Under the pieces are notes generated by a model. It saw only the letters and a list, made by a program, of their open reading frames with translations. It searched no databases and had not been told where the DNA came from. This document shows, in pieces, positions 25,925 through 37,232 of a stretch of DNA of 64,000 nucleotides. The stretch covers positions 468,120 through 532,119 of the forward strand of contig NMRA01000256.1 in the NCBI GenBank assembly GCA_002633005.1, read 5' to 3'. The DNA is from Phoronis australis (Eukaryota; Animalia; Phoronida). Each line of letters begins with the position of its first letter. Positions within the stretch are counted from its first letter, which is position 1. The translations under genes and the position numbers were made by a program.

Positions 25925-27421
25925 CAGGCCCGTAGCCAGCATTGCTCGGGGGGTGGTTCGAATTTATAGACCGGTGAACCTTTGATATTTTGCAAACGTC
26001 GACACTGTAGAGTTCTCGATAAGGACCATGACGCAGCTTAATTAGGGGGCTCTCAGCTCTACGTTCCTGAGATAAGGCGAAATTTGTAATACCAGAAATC
26101 AGGATGCCGTAATGGTTACTAGCAAAGAACACAGCTCAAATTCGGATGTATTGTGGTCCAGAAAGTATCGCGGTCCGTGAGAAATTGGTTTGTTGGTTAC
26201 GTGAGCTCTAAAACAGTTATGCGCTCGTTATTCTACAATCATATTCTTCACTTGTAGTTTTACTTTCGTTAATTTACGCTCGTATTTTTCATATGTTATG
26301 AAGTATTCAGAAAGTAAAATCTCAGGTGCAAAGTACATTAGTGCAAAAGGTTGAAAATATCAAAGATTTATTGAAATGTTTTTAAATGCTGCCCTAACCA
26401 TTGGTTCGGTTTTAGTTCATCGCCAAAATGTATACCTAGCAGGTTGTCTGACAATGATTTTATATTATTTGTTAAAATGACCATGATTGTTCATTTATTT
26501 AGGCAAAGTTTCATTCTCTTACTCTGAACAATGCCTGCAGATGACTTATGACATCGCAAAAACATTGGTTCAAAACGTTTTTAGGGGGTTATGTAGTAGA
26601 ATTTCTAAATGTAGGTGGTAAATCACTCGCTCTTTATTCAAGACATTTGAATAACAAACCATTTGCATAACAAAAACAATGTCAACTGCGTATTAATTTA
26701 ATGGCTGTTAGTCTCGTGGACTCGTACTTAAATATATTGACTATACTTGCTAAAATTACGAGCGAAAAATACGAGCGAAAAATAAGAGCGTAAAACTTCT
26801 TTAGACTGCTCACGTGACTTTCAAACCAATTTGTTATTGGATATAGCGATTTCGGTCGTAAAACACGAGCGAAGTCTCGGTCGTAACTACGCTCGTAATT
26901 ACGGGTGAACGATTGCGCTCGTAAAACACGAGCGAAATGTTGGTCGAAATCACGAGCATAATTATGGACGAACGGTTTCGATCTTAAAACACGAGCGAAG
27001 TCTCGGCCGTGATCACGAGCGTAATTACGGGCGAACGATTTCGATCTTAGAACAGGAGCGAAGTCTCGGCCGTCATCTCGAGCGTAATCATGGGCGAACA
27101 ATTTCGGTCGTAAAATACGAGCGAAATCTTGGTCGTTATTACGAGCGTGATTACGCGCCAGGCGTGCTCTTAAATGAGCGATTACACATCATTACGTACT
27201 CGGACGGAAATATTTAGTAGGGGAATAACTTGACATTCAAATTTATTTGGCTACTAACTTGGTTATCATTGTAGTTAGTAACACGAGTAGCAGCAACAAT
27301 TTTATTGCTGTTGTCCATCTATATCCTAGCTTTAACGGAGAGGGTGGGGCTGGACCTTTTCCGTGGGGGTGGGGGGGGGGGGTTCGATCGAACCCTCCGA
27401 ACCCCCCTGGCTACGGGCCTG
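25925..27421. mobile_element. non-autonomous hAT-like element with 15-bp perfect TIRs and 5-bp TSD (TGCAC)
   Basis: tgcac|CAGGCCCGTAGCCAG ... CTGGCTACGGGCCTG|tgcac; G-rich subterminal ggggggttcga motifs. Confidence 0.85.
26845..27160. repeat. 63-bp (3x21) CpG-rich tandem repeat nested in the hAT-like element
   Basis: a(c/g)gagcgaa(g/a) recurs at 26865, 26928, 26991, 27054 and 27117. Confidence 0.85.
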
Positions 27422-28369
27422 TGCACACAGTTTTAATCCTTATTAGATTGTTTGGACAAACGTCCAGGTAGTCACACCGTAATTGCTGGTACTTTGCATC
27501 GGTTTCAAGGTATGGCGATACACAGAAGACATTTCCCGATAAAGAAAGGTTTTTCCTCTAATTTATTACCAGATCGGGTACTGTTGCCGAAATTTGACGT
27601 ACCCTCGCGATGAGTCGGAGCTGACCTCAGTAGTGTTGGCTGCGGGAGACGCGACGTATTCATAAACTTACGATTGCATTAAATACCAATGAACAAATAA
27701 AACTTGGACAATGAATAATCAAAATTCTACACAAAGAACCAGAATGAGAGTCAACCAGGAAAGGAACTCAGGTCACGGAAATAAACGGTAATAGTAGATA
27801 ATTTTCTGATCTACAGACAGGAGGTAAACATTATGCCATGTTACATATTATTTAATTTGGTGTATATTATCAAGTTTTTGAACTAGATTACCCTTTGAGA
27901 TAAGGACTTTAAGATCGCATTAACGAGAAACGTTTATGAATTTTGTGCAAATTAAAATCGACGGTACTACCGTCTTGGCTAACAATAACGTACGACCTTC
28001 GATAAAAAGAGCCCCGGTATTCTACCAGGGCCGAATGTCTTCAGCTTATTTACTGTGGCAAACATTACCATGGACATTTGAAATGCAATGAATTCAAACA
28101 AAATCCTCCTTTACTAGGAGCGCTCGGCGAAGTTTCAGCAAAATACGTGGCTTCCTACCATTGTTGTCGCTAAGAAAATAGAATTCGCGAAACGGATCCC
28201 AGGATAGTTAGGTGATGATTTTGTCGCGAATGATTATTCATTTTCGGCAAATTAATTAAAGTGCTTCACGGACGTTGCCTTTAGCAAACAACTTTTGTTT
28301 CTATCAAAAAACGTAAATCATTATAAATAGATTATCGCTTTGAAAATGCTTAAGGCAGGAGACAAGGGT

Positions 28370-28640
28370 AACACTAGTAACTACTCGGTCAGCGTTATAT
28401 CGCAACAACAGTAGTAACCCCGTCAGCGTTTTATTACTACAAAACTTGAACTCCGTCAACGTTAGAAACAACACTAGTAATTCCTTCAGGATTATATCAT
28501 TGCAATACTAGAAACTCCGTCAGCGTTATAGCATTGCAACACTGGTAATTCTGTCAGCGTTATAGCATTGCAATACTAGTAACTCCGTCAGCGTTATAGC
28601 ATTGCAACACTGGTAATTCTGTCAGCGTTATATCATTACA
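28370..28640. repeat. 34-bp minisatellite (~8 copies, more decayed at left)
   Basis: Unit aatactagtaactccgtcagcgttatagcattgc. Confidence 0.85.
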
Positions 28641-29278
28641 TGGAATAAGTCAGATGTGGCAAACATTTGCACTTAGTGAAAGTTAAGTGTGAACGGAAAT
28701 AGCCACCATACCATACTCGGGCCTCCCGAACGTTACATAATTCACTGCGAACCACGCGATTCACTCTTTCACAGGGCTACGAAAGGCCACTTTTCAGTAT
28801 AGGTGGCGCTGTGTCAGAGGGTAACCAAGTGCGAACACCGGTACGTGCAACATATTTTTCCGGAACAGCTAAAAATTTGCACGCAAGATGAATACTGTCA
28901 ATGTACGTACTTAGAGTTCAATGAACCACCAAATTTATCCTGCATTCACTGTGAAATTTTGAAGGTAGACGGAACATCGGAAGGCAGACGATCTGTCGCT
29001 TCAACCCAATTACAGTAAACTGATAACGGACCCATTTCAACAAAGTCGCATCCACAGTCGGGGACTTGAAGTTGGAGAAAACGTATGGTGCGACGTGGAG
29101 CATTAGTTCTAGTCTCAGACTGCATCACATAGGCCCATGGAAATTTAGGACTTAGTTTATGAATTACAAGCCGTTTGGTCTAACATTGCAGCCACAATCC
29201 TTATGACAGAACCTTGATATCAGGGCTAGACAACATGTGTTCTAAGTAATTCTTATTCCAAGACCGTGCGAACTGATA

Positions 29279-29324
29279 AAACAACGTTTCGGAGACGTCT
29301 CACGTCCTTTGCTTCATCACGTCT
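29279..29324 (-). ncRNA. degenerate minimal hammerhead-ribozyme-like motif (Penelope-type relic)
   Basis: Minus strand agac-GUGAUGA-agcaaa-ggacgu(gag)acgucu-c-GAAACGUU-guuu. The core C3 is mutated to G, so it is probably inactive. Confidence 0.3.
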
Positions 29325-31089
29325 ATGCAAAATCCTTCCTGTACAATCCCCATACAAAACTAAAATTAGAAAACATGAATATGGACTCATAGCAGAAAAC
29401 ACTGAAGATTTTTGACAGCGACATCAGATCTAACTGCCACATGTTAGTTGATTTTGAAATGTTTATGTATTGTTTTCACAATTCTAATGAAGGGAAAGAA
29501 ATAACTTTTTTCCCGCCTTAGCTGTGCCATCGTGTAACTATTGAGACTTAAAGCGGTTTAAGTTATGTGTAAGTATTGAGAGGTAAAGCGGTATTAAGTC
29601 ATGCCAAAATTGATTTACACCGCTTACCAATACGAAATTGGCAGTAAATTGTCTCTTAATCGAATTAGAGGTCACTTGAAAGTTCGTACTTTCCTTAGAC
29701 CAAGCTCGTACACCACGTGACCAGAGCCGACTGATACTCCTTCACGAGCCCAGTGACAGTTTTGACGCCGTTTTAAGTATGATAAACAAATCAAAAAATA
29801 TGGTTAAGAAAATACCCTCACTGCAAATCATATTCATCACAACTCCCAAGCTCGCCTGTTCCCTTTCTGTCTTACATAAGTGATAGAAACATAGAGGCAA
29901 GGCGCACATGTCTGATGTGCATTTACATAATATCAGGAAATGTTTCCCTTATAAAAACTCTGCCGCGCGTCCAGTGCCTCGAATTCTACAGGGATTAATC
30001 AACTTAATTGAACAAGGCTTTCTGTGTATAAGTTGGGTAGTTACGTTAACTGGCTGACACATTGATTAAATAGAAAATTTTAGGAAAACAATCAAGACCA
30101 AAATCTATCTAATTACCGACCATGCGACAAGTAATATTGGACAAAGTTAATGATAGAGCGTAATTACGCACATCACTACCCATCCACGGTCAGCATGTGT
30201 GCGTCACGCGTTATCATTACGTGTGTTTTTAACGATTTTATTTGTGACTGATGAGCAGTGATGTAACAACTACAGGACTCGCCGACGACATAAGTTTATA
30301 TGCAGAGAGTGAATTGAACGGATGCCTGTTAACAGCGAAATGCCAGCTATCGGGTGACTAGATTACTAAAGTTGATTAGAGTCGGGCATTTACCAACTGA
30401 CGTCCCCTCAAAGTCTGTTAATGAACGAATGAATGGAGACCAGCATGGACTCATCTGAGACTGCTATGCCATACATTAATTGTTTCACACAATTATTACC
30501 CGCGCGATTGACTAACTGGAACCCTTAATGTGATTATGAATTGATTGTAACATGTCAATAATTCAATACCCAAACCACGATAAAAGCACTCATCTGACAG
30601 GTTAATACAACTGTATATTTCTTACACAATTACCAGAACTTAATGAAAATTAAACAGTATGACAGATATCGCTTGACGTCTTCATTACGATAATCCTATT
30701 TTTGTTACATTATGTCTTGATTCAGTCAAGGGTATTATCAATGAATAGTGCAAGCAGGTGCAGTTAGACCACGCCCACCATATTTACCGTTGCGATGTCC
30801 CACGAACACGGAAGACCTTTGCAAGTGTCCCACGGAAATATTTTCTATGATGAACTTTTCATCATACTTCTTTGCACTTGTTACCACTTTGACCAGCATG
30901 TTTATTAAATCCAGGAAAAACAAACGAACAGTTTCGCACAGCGGTATGTGCTCGATACCAAGCGTTTGAGTCCATTCAAAAGTTATGCAACCCATTGACA
31001 CGCCAAACTTTACTCCTTTTGGTCAAATAGCAGAAATCGAGATGGGGAACGAAGAATTGTACATGTATATATTGTTGAAGCAAGCTGTT

Positions 31090-31123
31090 GAACGCCTCTT
31101 CCTCTAGAGAGGGAGAGGCGTTC
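31090..31123. other. 16-bp-stem hairpin / near-perfect palindrome
   Basis: gaacgcctcttcctct-ag-agagggagaggcgttc (one G-T pair). Confidence 0.75.
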
Positions 31124-31906
31124 TTATAACTTATTCAATTCCCGAGTAAAGGCGTCTGCTGAAGATGGACGCAAGCAGGAAAACGTTGATTTTTGAACTT
31201 ATTCCAATGTATGCGTGCTTGATAAAATCCCATTGGAACTAATTAAAGCTGCATTTCAACCTCTTTAGCTAGCGAGAACAAATGAAAATCGAATTAGGCC
31301 TTTTACTCTCTAGAAAATCGGCCTCACAATAATGTCCACTGCAATAGCAGTCTATTTCCGTAAGGAATATTATCAGAAAAAAATTATTAGAGTAAAACAC
31401 CCAATTCCATTTTCGTTTGATGGCTAACTAAAAACTGGGCGACATGCAAGTTCAAGTAACGCCATCAGTCCTTTCAGCTCTATTCTGGCACAACACAACA
31501 TTGGAACCCTATCCCGTTTGCTGTAAGCGTTCAACACTCAAACATAGCTTTGATAGGAAGTAAAATTCGAGCATACGATATGGCGTTGAAATCTAATTAG
31601 TGTCGGCGTGGACAATGCAGAGCCACATAAGGGCGCTGCGAGGAACACAAAGTTTTGAACGCTTATCATCACTGGCACAATTATTGGGGATACCAGCAAC
31701 TGTCATGATCATAAAATTCATCGTCATGGCCAAAGGTATGAAAATACATGTAGTCAATGTTTTATGGTCATTACGAAAGTCGCCGGAATCGTCAATGTTA
31801 CTCTCTCTGTCTCTATGCCGTCGCCGTCATTGTCATTATCATAACAGTTATCAACGCCATCCACAAAAACACGTACGGCAAATTCTTTAACGATGTAATA
31901 ATTTAA

Positions 31907-32068
31907 TTTCACGGCCTCATACATGGTATTAACGGCGTACTTTTCATTCTTCACCACCGCGAGCCACTTTCGAAGCATTATGGGCTCTCAAGGAAATCGG
32001 AAAAACGATATACCCGCTTTCCTCGCAGCTTCATAGTTCGCACAAGCGGGAACAATGCACCCCACCAT
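31907..32068 (-). pseudogene. THAP-domain relic
   Basis: MVGCIVPACANYEAARKAGISFFRFP*EPIMLRKWLAVVKNEKY...: C-x4-C, FP and W of THAP; internal stop at 31988-31990; truncated before CxxH. Confidence 0.75.
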
Positions 32069-32233
32069 AACAGCACTCACTCTGCACCACTAACGTCGCT
32101 GCGTCGTTTCTCACCTTCCTCACACGTTAACCCGACACCTTTCGGCGAGGTAAGATCAACCGCATTCTAGGTGACGTGGATATAGACCGATTAAGACTGT
32201 AAAAAAAATAATTAAATCGGGTGGAATTCTCCT
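31907..32233 (-). mobile_element. truncated copy (right end only) of the Kolobok-like element at 33017-34349
   Basis: Aligns with 34013-34349; ends gggtggaattctcct|TTAA. Confidence 0.8.
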
Positions 32234-33016
32234 TTAATAGCGGTTGTTAGTGGCTATTACCTGCTATGGTTGGTGGTTGTGCCAAGAATACATTTACCTA
32301 AGTGTCATTTTAAAGACTGCATCAACACGTACATAAGAAACTACGAAAAATTGAAATGTCCAAGAGAACGTGGTATGGTTTCAATCGCGGAAATTAACGA
32401 ACCGTGCAGCCACCTGTATTTGTGACCTTTTGAAAATAGCGCCATAAAGATGTCCCACAGAGCGCACACGCTATACTTACAAATGTTCCACACTGTTTAT
32501 GTCAATTTGTTATGTTAACCGGCGAGGATTGTTCAAGTTGATTAAATTTCCTAATTATATTTCCGTGTCAAAATTCCACCTATAAGTTTTGTGCACAAAA
32601 ACCCAGTTGTCTAGACTTGAATTTATATCAAGCGCTGCTGAGATTCCGTTTCACACTGTGACGAAATTGATTGATTTGACTTAATTTTGCGACGCATCAC
32701 AAGAACGGGTCGTGTTTTCTATGACTACACTACGGGAGAACGAAGGCATTAGTCACGGATTTTTAGAAGCACCTTGGTGCTCGTTATTCAGCAGAGACAA
32801 CTGTTTTGACAGTAACCGGAATGATGCTCATTTTATTAAGAAACCGCTTCACTCTTAATTTTCAAGAAATTTATTGATAATAGATTGAAACATATCAACA
32901 ACGTGTTAAGATCAGCACAAAACACTGATAAAATAAAAAGTCACAGCCAAACAAGACATAAGCATACATCGCACCCTTGTGTAACAGGTTCTGTAATGGC
33001 TGGGTTGTAGATTTAA

Positions 33017-34349
33017 AGGAGCATGCCACCCAAAAAACAACCTAATTTGTATCAATTTAGATCGAGTAGTTCTACTCCATAACGACACGAACGGTTGCGT
33101 TGCCTGACACCTGACGGCAGACGGAGGTGTTGAAATTATCGAATGACGTCATCGGTTTCACACGCAGTCTGTTCAGCAGTTCACAACACGGGTTACTGGT
33201 GTCAGCTTATCGCTTGAAGTCATCGTTTAACACCAATAAATGATCAAACTTCGATGTAAAACCCTTATAAAAACGTGTTGTTTTATTTCGCTCTTACGGA
33301 TTTATTGGTATTTGGACACAGTACCGTAGCGTACAAAGTTCGGCAGGCCNGAGCCAAAGTAATGTGCACGCGATTATGTTGATGAATTAGCCACGAAACT
33401 GCAAATCTACTTACTCGTCGGGGGCCGCGAATTCGCTCGGGTTCCGCTTTGGCCACAGCACCGTCAGGGCAAAAGTTGTACATTGACAATCATTATTTGA
33501 GTAATGTAAATGTAAATAAAGATTCCCCTAACACCTGGCCGTGGGATGGAAATCGAGTTGCTTCACAATAGTTTCTGTCAGTAAACACTAAATTAGCATG
33601 AGCTCACACGGCCTCGGTGTCCCGTCAATTAGTTTTATTGCACCTAAAGGCGGTAACGCAGTGATTTATTGCTGGCTTCTCAAATCATTTTCTCTCACGA
33701 ATACTCCAAAGGCATTACAAATATTGCAGTTGGTTAGGGTGAGAATAATTCATTTTGAAACAGAACGCTCAGTAATAAACGTCAACATGGCAACTCGCAA
33801 TCCCGACTTAGGACGAACTAGAGCTCATCAGTCCCGACTTCGCTGGTGGATCGTTAAGTTTTACAGGCCATCAAATCGAACAGGAATACAGTGATGACGA
33901 AATACTAGAGAGGCGCCGTGAACAAGCTCAGACAACGGAACGTATGGAGTTATTTGGTAAGCCCGCATTCGTCAGGCACTGTCGACGTCTGCAGGCCACA
34001 GACACGGAGATGTTTCACGGCCTCATACTTGCTACTTACAGCGTACATTTCATTCTTCACTACCATGAGCCACTTCCTAAGCCTTTCGGACTCTCGAGGA
34101 AGTAAAATAAAACGATATACCTGCATTCCTCGCAGCTGCTTAGTTCGGACAAGCGGGAACGATGCACCGCGACATAGCGGCATTCATTCTGCATATGAAC
34201 CAATGACGTCGCTAGCGTCGTTTCTCACCTTCCTCACAGGTTAACGCGACACCTCTTGGCAAGGTAAGGTCGACCGTATACGAGGCTATGTGGATATAGA
34301 CCGATTAAGACGGCAAAAAAAGACTAATTAAATCGGGTGGCATTCTCCT
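33017..34349. mobile_element. internally deleted Kolobok-like DNA transposon
   Basis: TTAA|AGGAGCATGCCACCC ... GGGTGGCATTCTCCT|TTAA (14/15 TIR match, AG..CT ends, TTAA duplication); carries a THAP relic. Confidence 0.75.
33989..34175 (-). pseudogene. THAP-domain relic (stop plus frameshift)
   Basis: MSRCIVPACPN*AAARNAGISFY / LPRESERLRKWLMVVKNEMYAVSSKYEAVKHLRVCGLQ. Confidence 0.75.
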
Positions 34350-34425
34350 TTAAGCATACAGAAGATTCACCAACAAACTTCTCCCAACTAAACTGTAGTC
34401 TGTTCGAGTCTATTTCTACTACATC

Positions 34426-34953
34426 CTCGCTGGTTCCCTGCGTGCCGCCAGGTGGTAGCCAGCACGCAGCTAGCAGTCAGTAGCAGGCGCTTTATTATTG
34501 GTTGATGTAACCTCGGCAGTCATTGGTTAGCTTAACAACAAAGTGAGAAAACGGTGGACTATGAACGACTTTTAGCCTTGTCAGTGGCGTAGCAGCAACT
34601 ATTTCGTTTCTGCAGTAATGTTTAATAGCCGCGTGCTTGAAGCACATATTACATGTACCCTAAACACGCCGTAAACAAGAGTCAGCGACAGTAGAAAGAT
34701 GCACTCCGAAAAGGCGCAACCACAATTTTCTGGGATTCACATTTCTCAAACATGAATTTTAAGCCCCGATTTGTCTGTACAACAGACCACATTTACATTT
34801 CCTCCATCATTCATGTCAGTTTGTTTGCATAAAGCGCTACCTTTTGAGAATTCGACCAGCCAATCAGAAACGCCGTGTAAAAATATTCCCGAGGAAAATT
34901 AAGTGACACCTGCGTGCTGGCTACCACCTAACGGCACGCAGGGAACTAGTGAG
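34426..34953. mobile_element. MITE with ~44-bp TIRs (copy 1; family terminus TAGCTCGCTGG, possibly Academ-like)
   Basis: ctcgctggttccctgcgtgccgccaggtggtagccagcacgcag / ctgcgtgctggctaccacctaacggcacgcagggaactagtgag; interior homologous to 50810-51347. Confidence 0.8.
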
Positions 34954-35029
34954 CTGCTACAACAAGAAATACCTCTTTCCAAAGAGGAAATGGTTAATTG
35001 GACTTATACGAATCTTTCACAAATTGCGC

Positions 35030-35409
35030 TTTATTCACTGGATCGTATTCCATGTTTTCACGAGGTGTTATCAAAATAGGACTTTTCATGATTTTTATGA
35101 AAGAAAACAAAAGCTGCAACGAAATGATACAGTAGGAAACTATAACAACATTTTTTTAGAATAAATGTTGAACATTTATATCGAATGGAATTTGTCCATG
35201 TTTGTGATATCGCTGTTTTGCTGTGATTTGTACTTTTTTTTTGCTGAATTTCACTACCCAATCGATGACGGATTGGTATAAAGTTTAACATCAAAGTTTA
35301 CAGTCCCCTTCAATTTGAGTAAATATTTCATTTTACAGTGAATTTCTATACTTCTGTAGACATTTCATTAAAAGGACCGACGTGTGGATAAAATCTTACA
35401 TAACCTTAA
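35030..35409 (+). mobile_element. arm of the foldback repeat family
   Basis: tcaaaataggacttttcatgatttttatga ... acataaccttaa terminus. Confidence 0.55.
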
Positions 35410-36980
35410 GAGGCTTTACAAAATAATTAATATCAATCAACATGCATCCACCGTATTGGAAATCTTCTTAAAATTATATTGGTTCTACTAATTTCATCCT
35501 GTTCATCGTGCCAAATGGACCTTAAATTTCTACATGTACGCTCCAGTCATTCAACAGCTTCCAGACTAGATGACGGTAAAGATATAAAGACATTCACAGG
35601 CAGAAAGGACTTAATGGTTTAACGACCTTAACTCTCTCAAGCGTTGCAAGAGATCCGCTACACCAGTTCAGTAAATCCCTGAAGAACTCTTTACTAAGAT
35701 TAACAATTTCAGTCATATTAGTGCCAACATTTTCAATAAATTTCATTCTTATTTTATTCAACTTTAACCTTGTCCTTTTTGGCTCGCTTTAAAGGGTTTT
35801 AGACGTTCCAAAGCAGTCTTGAACCAGCCGACACTCATTTCAGAAGTGATTTCCACTAGGGTTGAGAAGAACAGGTTGTTGCGTGGATGTCAAGTGTGTG
35901 TTCCATAGACGCGAGGAACAGGCAATCAAACAAGATCACACAAGACCACGCAAAGACACACACACGTTTCACGAATACGTTCAGGAGGTTGCTATCTTTT
36001 TCTGTCCACGCATACGGTTTCAAGATGAGCATTTGCAGCGTGCGTATTCGCGTGGTGGAAAACCAAGGTAAAGTAAACGAGCCGATTTTTATTTGATGCT
36101 CTCTTTGGCAACCGGACAACAACAACACTTGACAATAAATTCACCCGATCAGTCTGTGAATATTGCCTAGTTGTTTGGACACAGAGGTGTGCAAATTATT
36201 CGTAGTTATTTTCATCCTTCGCATCTCATTTTCGCTGGTCAGCCGATGCCCAGGTGATCAACTATATAGCAACATTTCGCAACTGCAACGGGAGTAAGGC
36301 TTTAATTGCAATGATTTGAAGAGTTGTTTTTTCCTTTGAATCGAGGTCTAACTAACGTCATGGCTATGTTACCAGGGTTGAACTTTTCAAAAACGTGGCT
36401 AGCCTTGCAAATTACCAGATTTTGTACTAAAGTCATGATTAATTTTAATTGTGCTCCAAAATCGAGCACAGGTGGTTCGTATGAAGAAAAACGACTTAGT
36501 GATAATTCTGAATATTTTGGGAATGGAATGACATAATAGACACCTTTTGAGTAATCTGGTCGATATCCTTAGAGAAATATAGGTTAAACAGCTCCCCATT
36601 CACTTACATGGGAAACACACGTGAATATGGTTTGCTTACTCTTCCTAATTACACATTCAACATGATGGACGATATGTGAACTCGTGTATTGGTCGGTGAC
36701 GTTGAAATGTTGAATTTTGGGATAGCATTTGCTCTTTTTCGTTCCATAAGTAACGATTCCTCGCTGCAACTGCGTCGCAAATGACCAGGATGTACGGAAC
36801 GCACCTCAGGCTTGATCCGTGGCCAACATTGTCTCAAGCAAAAACGGAAGAGAACTGATCACACCGTTCATGGAGTTGACTATTCGGAGTAAGCAAAACA
36901 CCAGCTGTTCATACAGATGGCTTTTTGACTGTGTTAAAGCTCACTTGGAACGGTAATACATATGTATTTGTTTGCTACGG

Positions 36981-37232
36981 TTTTGAGCATAACTCTGAGC
37001 ATATCAACGCCATGTGTTTTGAGTATAACTCTGAGCATATCAACGCCATATGTTTTGAGTATAACTCTGAGCATATCAACGCCATATGTTTTGAGTATAA
37101 CTCTGAGCATATCAACGCCATAATATGTTTTGAGTATAACTCTGAGCATATCAACGCCATATGTTTTGAGTATAACTCTGAGCATATCAACGCCATATGT
37201 TTTGAGTATAACTCTGAGCATATCAACGCCAT
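36981..37232. repeat. 36-bp minisatellite, 7 copies
   Basis: Unit ttttgagtataactctgagcatatcaacgccatatg; one copy has a 3-nt insertion. It explains the repetitive ORFs at 36925-37248. Confidence 0.95.

Noticed and set aside
26682-27101. 139-aa repetitive ORF
   Set aside because: Product of the 63-bp tandem array inside a non-autonomous element.
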